This document shows positions 36,701 to 45,909 of a DNA stretch of 57,190 nucleotides, in pieces. The position numbers and the translations under genes were made by a program. How positions within the stretch are numbered: position 1 is the first letter of the stretch; each line of letters opens with the position of its first letter. Source of the DNA: Methanosarcinales archaeon (GTDB lineage: Archaea; Halobacteriota; Methanosarcinia; Methanosarcinales; Methanogasteraceae); the NCBI GenBank assembly GCA_030604085.1, contig JAUVWP010000001.1:1-57190 (forward strand). Direction: 5' to 3'. Below the pieces are notes generated by a model that saw nothing but the letters and a program-made list of their open reading frames with translations, was not told the DNA's origin and did not search any database.

Positions 36701-37297
36701 ATGAGGAAGATGATGAAAACGATGGTCCCGACCGGTATAATCAGGTTATTAGTTATAATAGCCCTGTGTTGTTTCATTTGTCCGCATGTAACTGCGGATG
36801 ATGAATCCTACAGAATGAGTGACAATAACTCAGATATATCTATAGAAATCGATGAGACGTTTGATATTTCTTTGGAATCCAACCCTACCACAGGTTATGA
36901 CTGGGACGTCAAGGAATGTGATTACTCGGTTCTTGAACTCGTAAACACGGATTATGTAACAGCAGAAAATCAGACTCCACCATTAGAGGGTGCTGGAGGA
37001 TTGCGAAATTGGACATTCATGGGGCTGAAAGACGGGGAAACTACACTCAAACTCGTTTACTGGCGATCATGGGAGGGTGAAGAATCGATAGTCAATGAAT
37101 ACCTCTTGCACATAACGGTAGGGGACGCGACAATCGCAACTACACAAACGCCAGAAGTAACGCAGTCGGTAGAGTCTACGCCATCAGCGACACAGAGCCC
37201 GGCACCGACACAAACGAAAGACACGCCATCTTTTGAAGCTGTATTCGCAATCGCAGGATTATTAGCGGTAGCATACCTGATTAGAGGAAGGGACTAA
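36701..37297 (+). CDS. Chagasin-family (MEROPS I42) cysteine-peptidase inhibitor with a PGF-CTERM-like anchor
   Basis: After the signal peptide, all three chagasin loop motifs are present: NPTTGYDW, GAGG and WRSWEG. A Thr/Pro/Ser linker follows. The C-terminus is TPSFEAVFAIAGLLAVAYLIRGRD. Confidence 0.8.
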   Translation: MRKMMKTMVPTGIIRLLVIIALCCFICPHVTADDESYRMSDNNSDISIEIDETFDISLESNPTTGYDWDVKECDYSVLELVNTDYVTAENQTPPLEGAGGLRNWTFMGLKDGETTLKLVYWRSWEGEESIVNEYLLHITVGDATIATTQTPEVTQSVESTPSATQSPAPTQTKDTPSFEAVFAIAGLLAVAYLIRGRD

Positions 37298-37339
37298 AGC
37301 AAGAGTTAGATCCAGGGAATCAGGTGAGCCGCAACGAAG

Positions 37340-38821
37340 TCACACCCCACCCTTGCAGAACTCCCCTGACTTCATATCTTCTTCATAGAAGTCCCGCTCC
37401 GTCTTGAGTCCGAGAAGAAGCTGCATCCGTCTCTTCGTGTACTTCGGGATCAGTTCGAGCGTTCGTTTCAGATACCACTTCGGGTACCTTCTTATGATGT
37501 TATTTGAGAGGTACCAGCCCAGATCATAATAATCGATATTCATCTTCCAGATGATGTACTGGAGTTCATCCGTGCTCAGATGCCTTGTCTTCACATTCGC
37601 ATAGATCCCGTCGTATTTTGTGACGTCGTCGGTATTTGTAACGAGCCCCATATCGAGTAACTCCTCGCGAAGCACTGTTTTCGGGTATGGGGTTATGATG
37701 TAAAAGATCGGGACGTCGAGTTTCAGTTTCTTTGCAAGTTCGAAGTTTCGAAGTATATCCTCTTTCGTATCGTCCGGATTCCCGCTGATGATCCCGCCTG
37801 ATACGATGATCTTGTGTTCGTGGAGATACCTGACAGCTTTCTCAGAGTCCGATGCCATCCCGGTCTTGCCGAACAACTCGATGTTTCTCGGGAGAGCGTT
37901 CTCGATTCCGAGAAAAACGCCATCGAAGCCCGCCTTCGCCATCAGGTCCACAACCTCCTTGCTCTTCGCAATCCCGCTGGTGCTCGCCTGTGTCTGGTAG
38001 TAGATGTCATCGAGCCCGGCAGCGATTATTGCCTCGCAGAGCCGTTTCATCCTCTTCGTGTTCAAGGTGATGTTGTCGTCCACGAAGAATATGTTCTCTG
38101 CGCCGTGATCCTTCGCATCCTGGATATCCTTAATCACGCGGTCGATCTCGTACGTCCTGAAACTGCGCCCGTACATGCGATCGATGCTGCAGAACTTGCA
38201 GCCCTGTGTGCAGCCCCGGCTCGTCTCGACGACGTCCACGGTGTGGCAGAATCCGTAAAATCCCTTCTTAATCAGTCTTGCACCCCGGTCAGGAAGGCGG
38301 ATATCTGCAAAATCGAGAAGCGGGCGGGGCAAGTTGTGCACCATCCCTCCGTTCTCCTTGTCCTTGTAGGATAGACCAAGTACCTGATCATACCGCTGAT
38401 CCGGGATGGCTTTTACAAGTTCCCGGAATGTCCCCTCCCCCTCACCGCGTGTGATAAAATCGATGTACTCGAGATCGGGGCTCTCTGCGATCGCCATGTA
38501 CTCAAGCGTCGGGTGGTATCCGCCGAATACTACCAGTATGCCGCTGTCGCATTCCTTGACGGTCTTTGCAATCTCAAGCATCTCTGCATACTGGAAACTC
38601 ATGCAACTGAGACCCGCGAGATCGATGTGGTACTTTCGTATGGCTTCGCGCACGAATTTATGCGGGTCTTTTGTGACGTTTAAGTCGGCTACCTTGATGT
38701 CGCAGACATCGTTTATGTTTCCGGCGATGGACGTGATTCCGAGATTCGGGATCCTCGCAACGAAATCGAAGTCGTGCTGGACATCAGGTGAGGCGAGTAG
38801 CAGGACGTTTATGATTAACAC
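37340..38821 (-). CDS. B12-binding-domain radical SAM protein (class B)
   Basis: 493 aa. The N-terminal region is cobalamin-binding-like. The radical SAM cluster motif is SRGCTQGCKFCSI. The substrate is unknown. Confidence 0.8.
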   Translation of the reverse strand: MLIINVLLLASPDVQHDFDFVARIPNLGITSIAGNINDVCDIKVADLNVTKDPHKFVREAIRKYHIDLAGLSCMSFQYAEMLEIAKTVKECDSGILVVFGGYHPTLEYMAIAESPDLEYIDFITRGEGEGTFRELVKAIPDQRYDQVLGLSYKDKENGGMVHNLPRPLLDFADIRLPDRGARLIKKGFYGFCHTVDVVETSRGCTQGCKFCSIDRMYGRSFRTYEIDRVIKDIQDAKDHGAENIFFVDDNITLNTKRMKRLCEAIIAAGLDDIYYQTQASTSGIAKSKEVVDLMAKAGFDGVFLGIENALPRNIELFGKTGMASDSEKAVRYLHEHKIIVSGGIISGNPDDTKEDILRNFELAKKLKLDVPIFYIITPYPKTVLREELLDMGLVTNTDDVTKYDGIYANVKTRHLSTDELQYIIWKMNIDYYDLGWYLSNNIIRRYPKWYLKRTLELIPKYTKRRMQLLLGLKTERDFYEEDMKSGEFCKGGV

Positions 38822-38990
38822 CTTCTTTTCGTACTTGGGGCTACAGGATTTAAAATGTTAACTACGACTCGGAGATTGAGGGCACCAGAAGCAGCAGCCC
38901 TGTTGCGTCAAATGCTGTGGTGCGGATATGTATCGAGCAGGCATGACGGGCTGCCACTGTTACAGCCCGCCAGCGATTTAAAACCAGATC

Positions 38991-40277
38991 TCACCGATCA
39001 AAATTAAAGTTCTCCTTCACAATCTTTAGCGCACAGAAGTCTCCGCACATCGTGCACGCCTCCGTATCCTCCGGAAGTCGGCTGTTCCTGATCTCCCGTG
39101 CACGACCCTCATCGATTGCAACCTCATACTGCCTGCCCCAGTCGAGATCACGCCGCGCCCGCGCCATGTCGAGATCCCATGCTCGTGCACGGTCACCGTA
39201 CTTGATCATATCGCCGACATGCGCAGCGATTTTTGAAGCCATCACGCCCTCGTAGACATCCTCCTCGTTCGGCAGCGCAAGATGCTCGGCAGGCGTCACA
39301 TAGCAGAGGAAGTCCGCGCCGCATGAACTGGAGATTGCGCCTCCGATCGCGGTTACAATATGGTCGTAGCCGGGCGCTATGTCAGTTACCAGCGGACCAA
39401 GCATGTAAAACGGTTTGTCGCTTGTCATGCTCTTCATGAGCGTGATATTCGCATCGATCTCGTTAATCGGCACATGCCCGGGACCTTCGATGATGACCTG
39501 CACGCCTGCATCGTATGCCCTGTCACCGAGTTCTGCATGCATGATCAGTTCCTGAATCCCTGCCCGGTCTGTTGCGTCGTGGACTGCTCCTGCTCTCATG
39601 CCATTACCCATTGATAGCGTAACCTCGTGTTCGAGCATGATCTCGACGAGATAGTCAAATTCGCTGTAGAGCGGGTTCTCTTTCTCGTTGTGAAGCATCC
39701 ATGCGGTCATGAACGCGCCGCCTCGCGAGACCAATCCGCCATACCGCCCCTGGTTCTTGAGACGCTCGACTGTCAGGAGGTTAATTCCAGTATGAATCGC
39801 CATGAAGTTCGTTCCGAGTTTTGCCTGCTCTGCCGTGATCCGGAAGAGGTCGTCAGGATTCATGTTCACGACCGCACCATCCTTCTCGATCGCCTCGATA
39901 AACGCCTGATACAGCGGAACGCTTCCCACAGAGAGCGACGTTGCCGCAATCACACGCTTCCTGACTTCCACGAGATCGCCGCCTGTCGAGAGTTCCATGA
40001 TGGTGTCAGCACCTGCCTTCTCTGCCACCTCTGTTTTCCGCACCTCGAGATCGATGTCCACGATATCAGACGACGTTCCGACTGATGCGTTTACTTTGGT
40101 GCGCATCCCCTTTCCGACGCCGCACGACATGGTTTCCCGGTACGGGCTTACCGGGATCACGATCCTTCCGCTCGCAACCCCTTTTCGTACAAACTCCGGA
40201 TCGACGCCTTCGACCTTCGCGACCGTCTTCATCTCTTCTGTGATCTGTCCGTTCTGTGCTTCTCTTATGAGACTCAT
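38991..40277 (-). CDS. thiC: Phosphomethylpyrimidine synthase ThiC
   Basis: Supporting segments are ADTIMELSTGGD, the C-terminal CTMCGDFCALK and an overall ThiC pattern. I chose the ATG at 40277 (MSLIREAQNGQITEEM) because a TATA-like atttaaatat at 40301-40310 lies about 25-30 nt upstream. The track ORF opens at a TTG inside that box. Confidence 0.92.
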   Translation of the reverse strand: MSLIREAQNGQITEEMKTVAKVEGVDPEFVRKGVASGRIVIPVSPYRETMSCGVGKGMRTKVNASVGTSSDIVDIDLEVRKTEVAEKAGADTIMELSTGGDLVEVRKRVIAATSLSVGSVPLYQAFIEAIEKDGAVVNMNPDDLFRITAEQAKLGTNFMAIHTGINLLTVERLKNQGRYGGLVSRGGAFMTAWMLHNEKENPLYSEFDYLVEIMLEHEVTLSMGNGMRAGAVHDATDRAGIQELIMHAELGDRAYDAGVQVIIEGPGHVPINEIDANITLMKSMTSDKPFYMLGPLVTDIAPGYDHIVTAIGGAISSSCGADFLCYVTPAEHLALPNEEDVYEGVMASKIAAHVGDMIKYGDRARAWDLDMARARRDLDWGRQYEVAIDEGRAREIRNSRLPEDTEACTMCGDFCALKIVKENFNFDR

Positions 40278-40518
40278 GGTTCTCGATGATGGAAGTGGCA
40301 ATATTTAAATGCTTCTAAAAATTAAAATGGAATTCAACTCAAGTGAAGTTGAATTAGGTTCCTGGTGGTGCCGGGCGGATTGGATTGAAACGGTAGAGGT
40401 GGTATCCATGAAAAGTTGCATGAGAGCAGATATCGCTATAATGCCCTGCCCGATACCTATTATCTGATACTCGCTTCCCGCGCCCTCATTCCACCAAAAA
40501 CATGGGGCGCAGATCCCC

Positions 40519-40722
40519 TTAAATCAAACCCTGCTCCTTCATGCCCATATAGCCATTTTTCGATACGATGATGTGATCATGGATTTTGATCCCCAAAATC
40601 TCTCCCGCCTCAACCAACCGCTTTGTTACCGCGATACTGCACGATGTACTGACCCCTTCCAGATAACAAAAAGCCACCACCTCCGAACACCGCAAATCAT
40701 ATACCAGAGGAGATCCTTCTAA
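40519..40722 (-). pseudogene. RadC-like (JAB/MPN) C-terminal remnant
   Basis: The hand translation is ...SEVVAFCYLEGVSTSCSIAVTKRLVEAGEILGIKIHDHIIVSKNGYMGMKEQGLI*. The tail matches the RadC consensus (T.RL..AG.LLGI.V.DHIIV....Y.S..E.G). The HNHPSG...D JAMM motif region is degenerate (CYLEGV) and the N-terminal two-thirds are absent. Confidence 0.6.
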
Positions 40723-40728
40723 TCATCC

Positions 40729-41796
40729 ATGACTGACTGGATCGCGTGGGCTGCGATCGAAGGTGCCATGACAAAGATCAAACAGATGCTCTTTGAGCCT
40801 TTCGATCTTACAAAATGGGCGAAACTTGCGATAATACTGTTCTTCATCGGTGGCAGTGGCGGTTTCGGATCAAATTTTGGCTCAAATCCAACGAGCGGCA
40901 ATTTTGGGGATTTCGGTGACTCACATTCGGATGCGGAACTGGATGCTTTTGTCGAGGAGGCGGTGTCAGGAGTATCGGCATTCGTAGATCAGTACATGAC
41001 ATACATCGTGCTTGCAGTGCTCGCATTCCTGCTTGTGATCGTGCTATTATCATATATCTCAAATGTGATGCAGTTCGTTTTTGTCGAGTCGGTGGTGAGA
41101 AACCATGTTACAATCAGAGCATACATCAGGAATAATCTGGGAAACGGTCTACGATTGTTCATACTGAACTGGACGCTCGGGATCTTATTCCTGATCGCCA
41201 TCATCCTATCGCTGCTGCCAGCGTTGTCAGCGATACTGACAGGCGACTTTTCCGCCGTCTTCTTCGGATCGCTTCTCCTGTTCTTCCTTGTCCTCGTGCT
41301 TGGCGGCATAATCCTTGCGATCATAGGTTCGTTTATCAATCTGGCGATCCCTGTGATGTTGTATGAGAATGTGGGGATATTAAAGGCGCTTTCAAAGGTG
41401 ATCAGTACCGCAGTGCACAGCATTCCACAGGTGCTGGTTTACTGGGTCATAAGGGGCGTGCTCGGGATCATAATCGGCATCGCAGCCGCTATAATCGGCC
41501 TCATCGTGGTCCTGATCGCAGGACTCGTCCTGTTGCTTATCGGCATCGCGGTTTACATGATTCTCACGCTGTTGGGATTCGGATTTTTGGACATGGGAGT
41601 CTGGATCGTGCTCGGATTGCTCTTTGTTGCATCCATACTGGTGCTCATATTCCTTACCCTCCTCGCAACCGTGCCGCTTCCAGTATTCATGAAATACCAT
41701 ACGCTCCTCTTCCTCCGGAACTGGTATGCAGATATCATGCCGTTCTGGGAACCGGTGACCGAACCCGCACCCGAATCGGTGCCGGAACATGAGTGA
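40729..41796 (+). CDS. Polytopic membrane protein of unknown function (Gly/Phe/Asn-rich loop after the first helix)
   Basis: 355 aa with about 6-7 long hydrophobic segments. The loop reads GGSGGFGSNFGSNPTSGNFGDFGD. I do not recognise the family. Confidence 0.6.
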   Translation: MTDWIAWAAIEGAMTKIKQMLFEPFDLTKWAKLAIILFFIGGSGGFGSNFGSNPTSGNFGDFGDSHSDAELDAFVEEAVSGVSAFVDQYMTYIVLAVLAFLLVIVLLSYISNVMQFVFVESVVRNHVTIRAYIRNNLGNGLRLFILNWTLGILFLIAIILSLLPALSAILTGDFSAVFFGSLLLFFLVLVLGGIILAIIGSFINLAIPVMLYENVGILKALSKVISTAVHSIPQVLVYWVIRGVLGIIIGIAAAIIGLIVVLIAGLVLLLIGIAVYMILTLLGFGFLDMGVWIVLGLLFVASILVLIFLTLLATVPLPVFMKYHTLLFLRNWYADIMPFWEPVTEPAPESVPEHE

Positions 41797-42677
41797 TGGC
41801 AATCCGGAGCCCGACTCCGCGAAGGCTATTTGGGGTCTTAAGTCAAAGTAATCGCATGTACAGAACCGTGCTGCTCGCCATCATAATCGCTGCATCGATC
41901 TCGAACTGCTGTGCAGAAACCAGCGGCAAGGACAACATCACCTTCATGGATGCGCCATACACAGTATACGTCGAACCCGGGTCAGACGCGTCCTTCAATG
42001 CCACGCTTAAGAACGCGGGGGTCGGATATGTAGACGTGAGTGTGATTGTGCGGTCGGTGCCCGACTGGATACAGGTAAACGGCACAAATAAACTGAGCGT
42101 GATAAGGAGGGGGGGATCGATGGCATATCCGATCACGATCCATGCAAGCAGGGACGCGCCGCCGGGCACATACCATTTCGAGATTGCGGATCAATCGAGA
42201 ATCGATAAGCGTACATGGGAGCCGGTTGACGTGCATGTGATGAGGGAGGGCGAGACTGCGCCAGCACGAATCGAGGCGGCGGAAGAGGAGGAGACGGAGG
42301 AGAAGATCACAGAGATCGTAAAGAGTTCTCCCGAGCTTGGTTTCATCCGTGTGCGGTCGTATCCGTCCGCGGCAGATGTGCATCTCGATAATGTCTACCA
42401 GGGCGCGACAGGTGTTGATTGGTTCTGGATATACAATGTAACGCCCGGCAACCACACGATTTCGGTAGAGAAGTACGGATACGAGCGTTACACGGAAACC
42501 GTCTCTGTTTCAGAGGGGAATATGACCGTGGTATCAGCGTCCCTGTCAGAGATCCCTGCAATCCCAGCGGAGACCGCACCTGAAAAAGTGCCAGCAGAAT
42601 TGATACTGCTTGCAGTCTCGCTCCTTGCGGCAGCGATCATCTTCATCGCGATTCGCCGCCGTAACCAGAACACGTAA
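41796..42677 (+). CDS. Secreted or anchored protein with a PEGA-like domain and a C-terminal TM anchor
   Basis: The stop of the previous gene overlaps this start as GTGATG. The hydrophobic signal is MYRTVLLAIIIAASISNCCAE, preceded by SPTPRRLFG. The PEGA-like segment is GFIRVRSYPSAADVHLDNVYQGATG...PGNHTISVEKYGYERYTETVSV. The C-terminal TM segment is followed by RRRNQ. An alternative start lies at 41856. Confidence 0.65.
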   Translation: MAIRSPTPRRLFGVLSQSNRMYRTVLLAIIIAASISNCCAETSGKDNITFMDAPYTVYVEPGSDASFNATLKNAGVGYVDVSVIVRSVPDWIQVNGTNKLSVIRRGGSMAYPITIHASRDAPPGTYHFEIADQSRIDKRTWEPVDVHVMREGETAPARIEAAEEEETEEKITEIVKSSPELGFIRVRSYPSAADVHLDNVYQGATGVDWFWIYNVTPGNHTISVEKYGYERYTETVSVSEGNMTVVSASLSEIPAIPAETAPEKVPAELILLAVSLLAAAIIFIAIRRRNQNT

Positions 42678-42784
42678 GAAGAAGCGAGGATAACGGATAA
42701 CAAGGGACTTTGCTACGGAAGTTCGGATACTATAGAAAGGATTATCACTCCATACGCCATACTAACCAAACATCAGGTGGAACA

Positions 42785-44035
42785 ATGTCATTTGGAAGTT
42801 TTATAGACCAGTTGAAGGCCGACGGTAACTTAATCGAGATTCAGGAGCCGGTATCCCCGGAATATGATGCCGCAAGGATCGCGGGAAACGAGAAACCACA
42901 TCTCTTCCACAGCATAAACGGTTGTCGTGTCGCCGCGAATCTCCTCTCATCGAGAGAGGCTCTCTGCACGACACTCCGGATCTGCAGGGAAGATATGGCA
43001 GGATATCTCGCATCCGTCGAACCAGCCGGGGAGATAAAACTTGTTGTAGACCCCCCAACAAAAGAGATCAGGAGCAAGCCAGATCTTTCAAAACTGCCGG
43101 TTTTCACCCATTTCAAAAACGATCCTGCCCCTTACATAACAGCAGGCGTCCTCGTGACCGAAATGGACGGGGTAATGAATGCATCGATTCACCGGATGAT
43201 GGTTATTGGGAAGGATAAACTCGCAGTACGCCTTGTTGCGCCGAGACACACCTACCTCATGCACAAGAAGGCACTGGAGCGAGGAGAGAAGCTCCCTGTC
43301 GCAATAGCGATCGGACTTGACCCGGTAGTCCTCTTTGCCATCTGCACACGCGTACCAGAGGGCACAGAGTTTCGTTACGCGTCAGCACTCCAAGGAGCGC
43401 CGCTCGAGGTCTTCGAGTGCGACAATGGCATACGTGTGCCGCACTGCGAGATCGTGCTTGAGGGATACATCGGGGAAGAGACTGCGGATGAAGGTCCGTT
43501 TGTAGATATCACAGGGACGTATGACCGGGTGCGAAGCGAGCCAGTGATCCACTTAACAGGGATGATCCACCGGGAGGACCCGATCTACCATGCGATCATA
43601 CCATCAGGCAGCGAGCACAAACTGCTGATGGGAGTTCCGTATGAGCCGAGAATATTAAGCGCGGTAAACGGAGTTTCCGATGCAAGAAATGTCGTGTTGA
43701 CGAAAGGCGGATGCTGCTATTTCGATGCGGTGGTACAGATTAAGAAGCAGACCGAGGGCGACGCAAAGAACGCGATGCTTGCAGCGTTTGCAGCGCATCC
43801 AAGTCTCAAGAACGTGGTGGTGGTCGATCCTGACATCAATATCTATGATCCAAGCGATGTCGAGTTTGCGATTGCAACAAGGGTGCTCGGCGATCGGGAC
43901 GTACTGATGATCACGAATGTACGCGGGAGTTCACTCGATCCGATCTCTGCTCCGGATGGCACGACCACGAAGATCGGTATCGATGCGACGATGCCGCTCG
44001 GTGCGGAAGAGGAGTTTGTGCGGGTTTTGGAGTAA
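42785..44035 (+). CDS. UbiD-family (prenyl-FMN-dependent) decarboxylase; possibly the archaeal anhydromevalonate-phosphate decarboxylase
   Basis: MSFGSFIDQLKADGNLIEIQEPVSPEYDAARIA... shows the overall UbiD pattern. The functional suggestion rests on the published archaeal mevalonate pathway, which uses a UbiD homologue. It is not shown by this sequence. Confidence 0.75.
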   Translation: MSFGSFIDQLKADGNLIEIQEPVSPEYDAARIAGNEKPHLFHSINGCRVAANLLSSREALCTTLRICREDMAGYLASVEPAGEIKLVVDPPTKEIRSKPDLSKLPVFTHFKNDPAPYITAGVLVTEMDGVMNASIHRMMVIGKDKLAVRLVAPRHTYLMHKKALERGEKLPVAIAIGLDPVVLFAICTRVPEGTEFRYASALQGAPLEVFECDNGIRVPHCEIVLEGYIGEETADEGPFVDITGTYDRVRSEPVIHLTGMIHREDPIYHAIIPSGSEHKLLMGVPYEPRILSAVNGVSDARNVVLTKGGCCYFDAVVQIKKQTEGDAKNAMLAAFAAHPSLKNVVVVDPDINIYDPSDVEFAIATRVLGDRDVLMITNVRGSSLDPISAPDGTTTKIGIDATMPLGAEEEFVRVLE

Positions 44036-44056
44036 TTAGTAGATATAGTGACCGCA

Positions 44057-44938
44057 TCATCGCTTGAGCAGTCCAGCCGCGACAAGCGCGCTTCTGAGTT
44101 TCTGCTCGTTCTGCGCGCTCATCGGTGCAAGCGGAAGCCGTAGAGGTCCGGCTGCACGACCGATCATGCCGGCAGCGGTCTTCACAGGGATCGGGTTCGT
44201 CTCGATGAACATCGCCCGCACAAGCGGAGCAAGCTGGTAGTGCAGACGTCTCGCCTCATCGTAGTCGTTCTTACGTATCGCGTTTACGAAAGCAACCGTC
44301 TGCGCAGGAGCGATGTTTGCAATAACCGATATCACGCCAACGCCCCCAAGTGACATGATCGGCAGCGTCAGGGCATCATCGCCCGAGATCAATATGAAAT
44401 CAGAGTCCCTGGTCAGTTCGATGATGCGCGATACCTGCCCCAGATCGCCGCTTGCCTCCTTGACTCCGATGACGTTCGGGCTCTCTGCGAGTTGTGCTAT
44501 CAACCCAGGTTCGAGATTGATGCCGGTTCTCGATTTGATGTTGTAGAGTATGATCGGGATATCGACAGCGGACGCTATCGCATCAAAGTGCGCTATAATC
44601 CCGTTACGGTTCGGCTTGTTGTAATACGGCGTGATCAGCAGCGATGCGTCGGCACCCGCGTCTGCCGCATGTCTGGTGAGTTCGATCGCCTCGCCGGTGT
44701 TGTTCGATCCGGTTCCAGCGATCACGGGAACCGTGGAACAGTCAACCGCTATATCGATCAGTTGTTTATGCTCTTCAAGCGTTATCGTTGCTGATTCGCC
44801 AGTCGTTCCACAGGGAACGATACCAGAGACCCCATGCTCGATCATGTACCTGATGTTATCCTTAAACCCTGCCTCGTCGATCATGTTATCAGGCGTAAAC
44901 GGGGTTATCAGCGCAGGCATAGCGCCCTTGAGGTCCAT
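44057..44938 (-). CDS. dapA: 4-hydroxy-tetrahydrodipicolinate synthase
   Basis: Motifs seen: PALITPF, GIVPCGTTGES, IPIILYNIKSRTG and IGVKEASGD (active-site Lys). The ATG at 44938 is preceded by AAGGTGGTG. Confidence 0.92.
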   Translation of the reverse strand: MDLKGAMPALITPFTPDNMIDEAGFKDNIRYMIEHGVSGIVPCGTTGESATITLEEHKQLIDIAVDCSTVPVIAGTGSNNTGEAIELTRHAADAGADASLLITPYYNKPNRNGIIAHFDAIASAVDIPIILYNIKSRTGINLEPGLIAQLAESPNVIGVKEASGDLGQVSRIIELTRDSDFILISGDDALTLPIMSLGGVGVISVIANIAPAQTVAFVNAIRKNDYDEARRLHYQLAPLVRAMFIETNPIPVKTAAGMIGRAAGPLRLPLAPMSAQNEQKLRSALVAAGLLKR

Positions 44939-44948
44939 AAGCACCACC

Positions 44949-45152
44949 TTATAGTATCTTTGAACGTTTTGCGATCACGTTTCTGCGTACGATATAACCA
45001 GCGACCCTGTTGCGTATCGTCTTGCTGGTGATGTCTGTATGCTCGGCAATTTGCGCCTTATTGGCCTCGAAGTCGGTTCCGAATGCGTAACCGCGCTTTT
45101 CAATCAACTCTTTTGCGATTTTTTTTATGTATGTTGGTCTGATATTTCCCAT
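44949..45152 (-). CDS. rps17e: 30S ribosomal protein eS17
   Basis: MGNIRPTYIKKIAKELIEKRGYAFGTDFEANKAQIAEHTDITSKTIRNRVAGYIVRR, 67 aa. I trimmed the start to the ATG at 45152. Confidence 0.88.
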   Translation of the reverse strand: MGNIRPTYIKKIAKELIEKRGYAFGTDFEANKAQIAEHTDITSKTIRNRVAGYIVRRNVIAKRSKIL

Positions 45153-45252
45153 GTATAACATGCTGGAGCGGTCTGACATATAAATATTGCTGCAATCGGA
45201 GGCTGTCAAGTTACCCGGATGTTGAGGGACATCGGGCTTTAGGATGTTTTAA

Positions 45253-45909
45253 TTACTTCAGAGCCTGCATCACCACAAAACTCCCATCTCCATGACCCTC
45301 TCTGAACGACTGCACCGCGGTAATATCTTCCAAACCACCAAATATTGTCTGAATCATCTTGAAATTATGGAACCTTGCACCGCCCAGACCAGCCATCACC
45401 TCGTCGACCCAATAAAATCTTGCATATCTATAAAATTTACTCTTTTCCTTTTTATGAAGGTACGTCCTGCCTAGAAAACTGTATTTATCAATAAAACCAA
45501 CAATTAAAGATCCGTTCACCTTTAATACCCTGTAAACTTCATCAAATGCTTTCTTTACATCATCCACAAAACAGATAGTCACCATCATCAGCACAAAATC
45601 GAACTCTTCACCCCTGAAAGGCAGACTCTCGGCAACGCCACCGACAAAGGAGATCCCCCTTTCACTGGCAACCTCACCCATCCTCCGGGATGGATCAATC
45701 CCAACTCCAATTCCCAGAGGAGCCGCAAACCTGCCGGTCCCTACACCGATCTCCATACCCCCCTCACCCGCCCGGATAAAATGCCGCAGTGCCTCAAGTT
45801 CGGATAGATAGATAAAACGGTTCTCATCGAACCACTGGTCATATTCAGAACAGTACTCCTCGAACGGTTCAATTACCGGCACGTTTGCCACTACCCCATA
45901 GCGGATCAT
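45253..45909 (-). CDS. Class I SAM-dependent methyltransferase (Methyltransf_11-like)
   Basis: Motif I is GMEIGVGTGRFAAPLG. Later segments are FDFVLMMVTICFVDD and VLKVNGSLIVGFID. The start at 45909 is uncertain and overlaps the upstream J-domain gene by about 40 nt. Confidence 0.75.
   Translation of the reverse strand: MIRYGVVANVPVIEPFEEYCSEYDQWFDENRFIYLSELEALRHFIRAGEGGMEIGVGTGRFAAPLGIGVGIDPSRRMGEVASERGISFVGGVAESLPFRGEEFDFVLMMVTICFVDDVKKAFDEVYRVLKVNGSLIVGFIDKYSFLGRTYLHKKEKSKFYRYARFYWVDEVMAGLGGARFHNFKMIQTIFGGLEDITAVQSFREGHGDGSFVVMQALK

Noticed and set aside
40278-40520. Possible TPP (THI-box) riboswitch upstream of thiC.
   Set aside because: On the thiC (minus) strand I find no CUGAGA or ACCUGAUCUGGAUAAUGCCAGCG-like core. 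A TATA-like box at 40301-40310 sits only ~25-30 nt from the ATG, implying a leaderless or very short leader mRNA. Weak look-alike strings occur only on the opposite strand.
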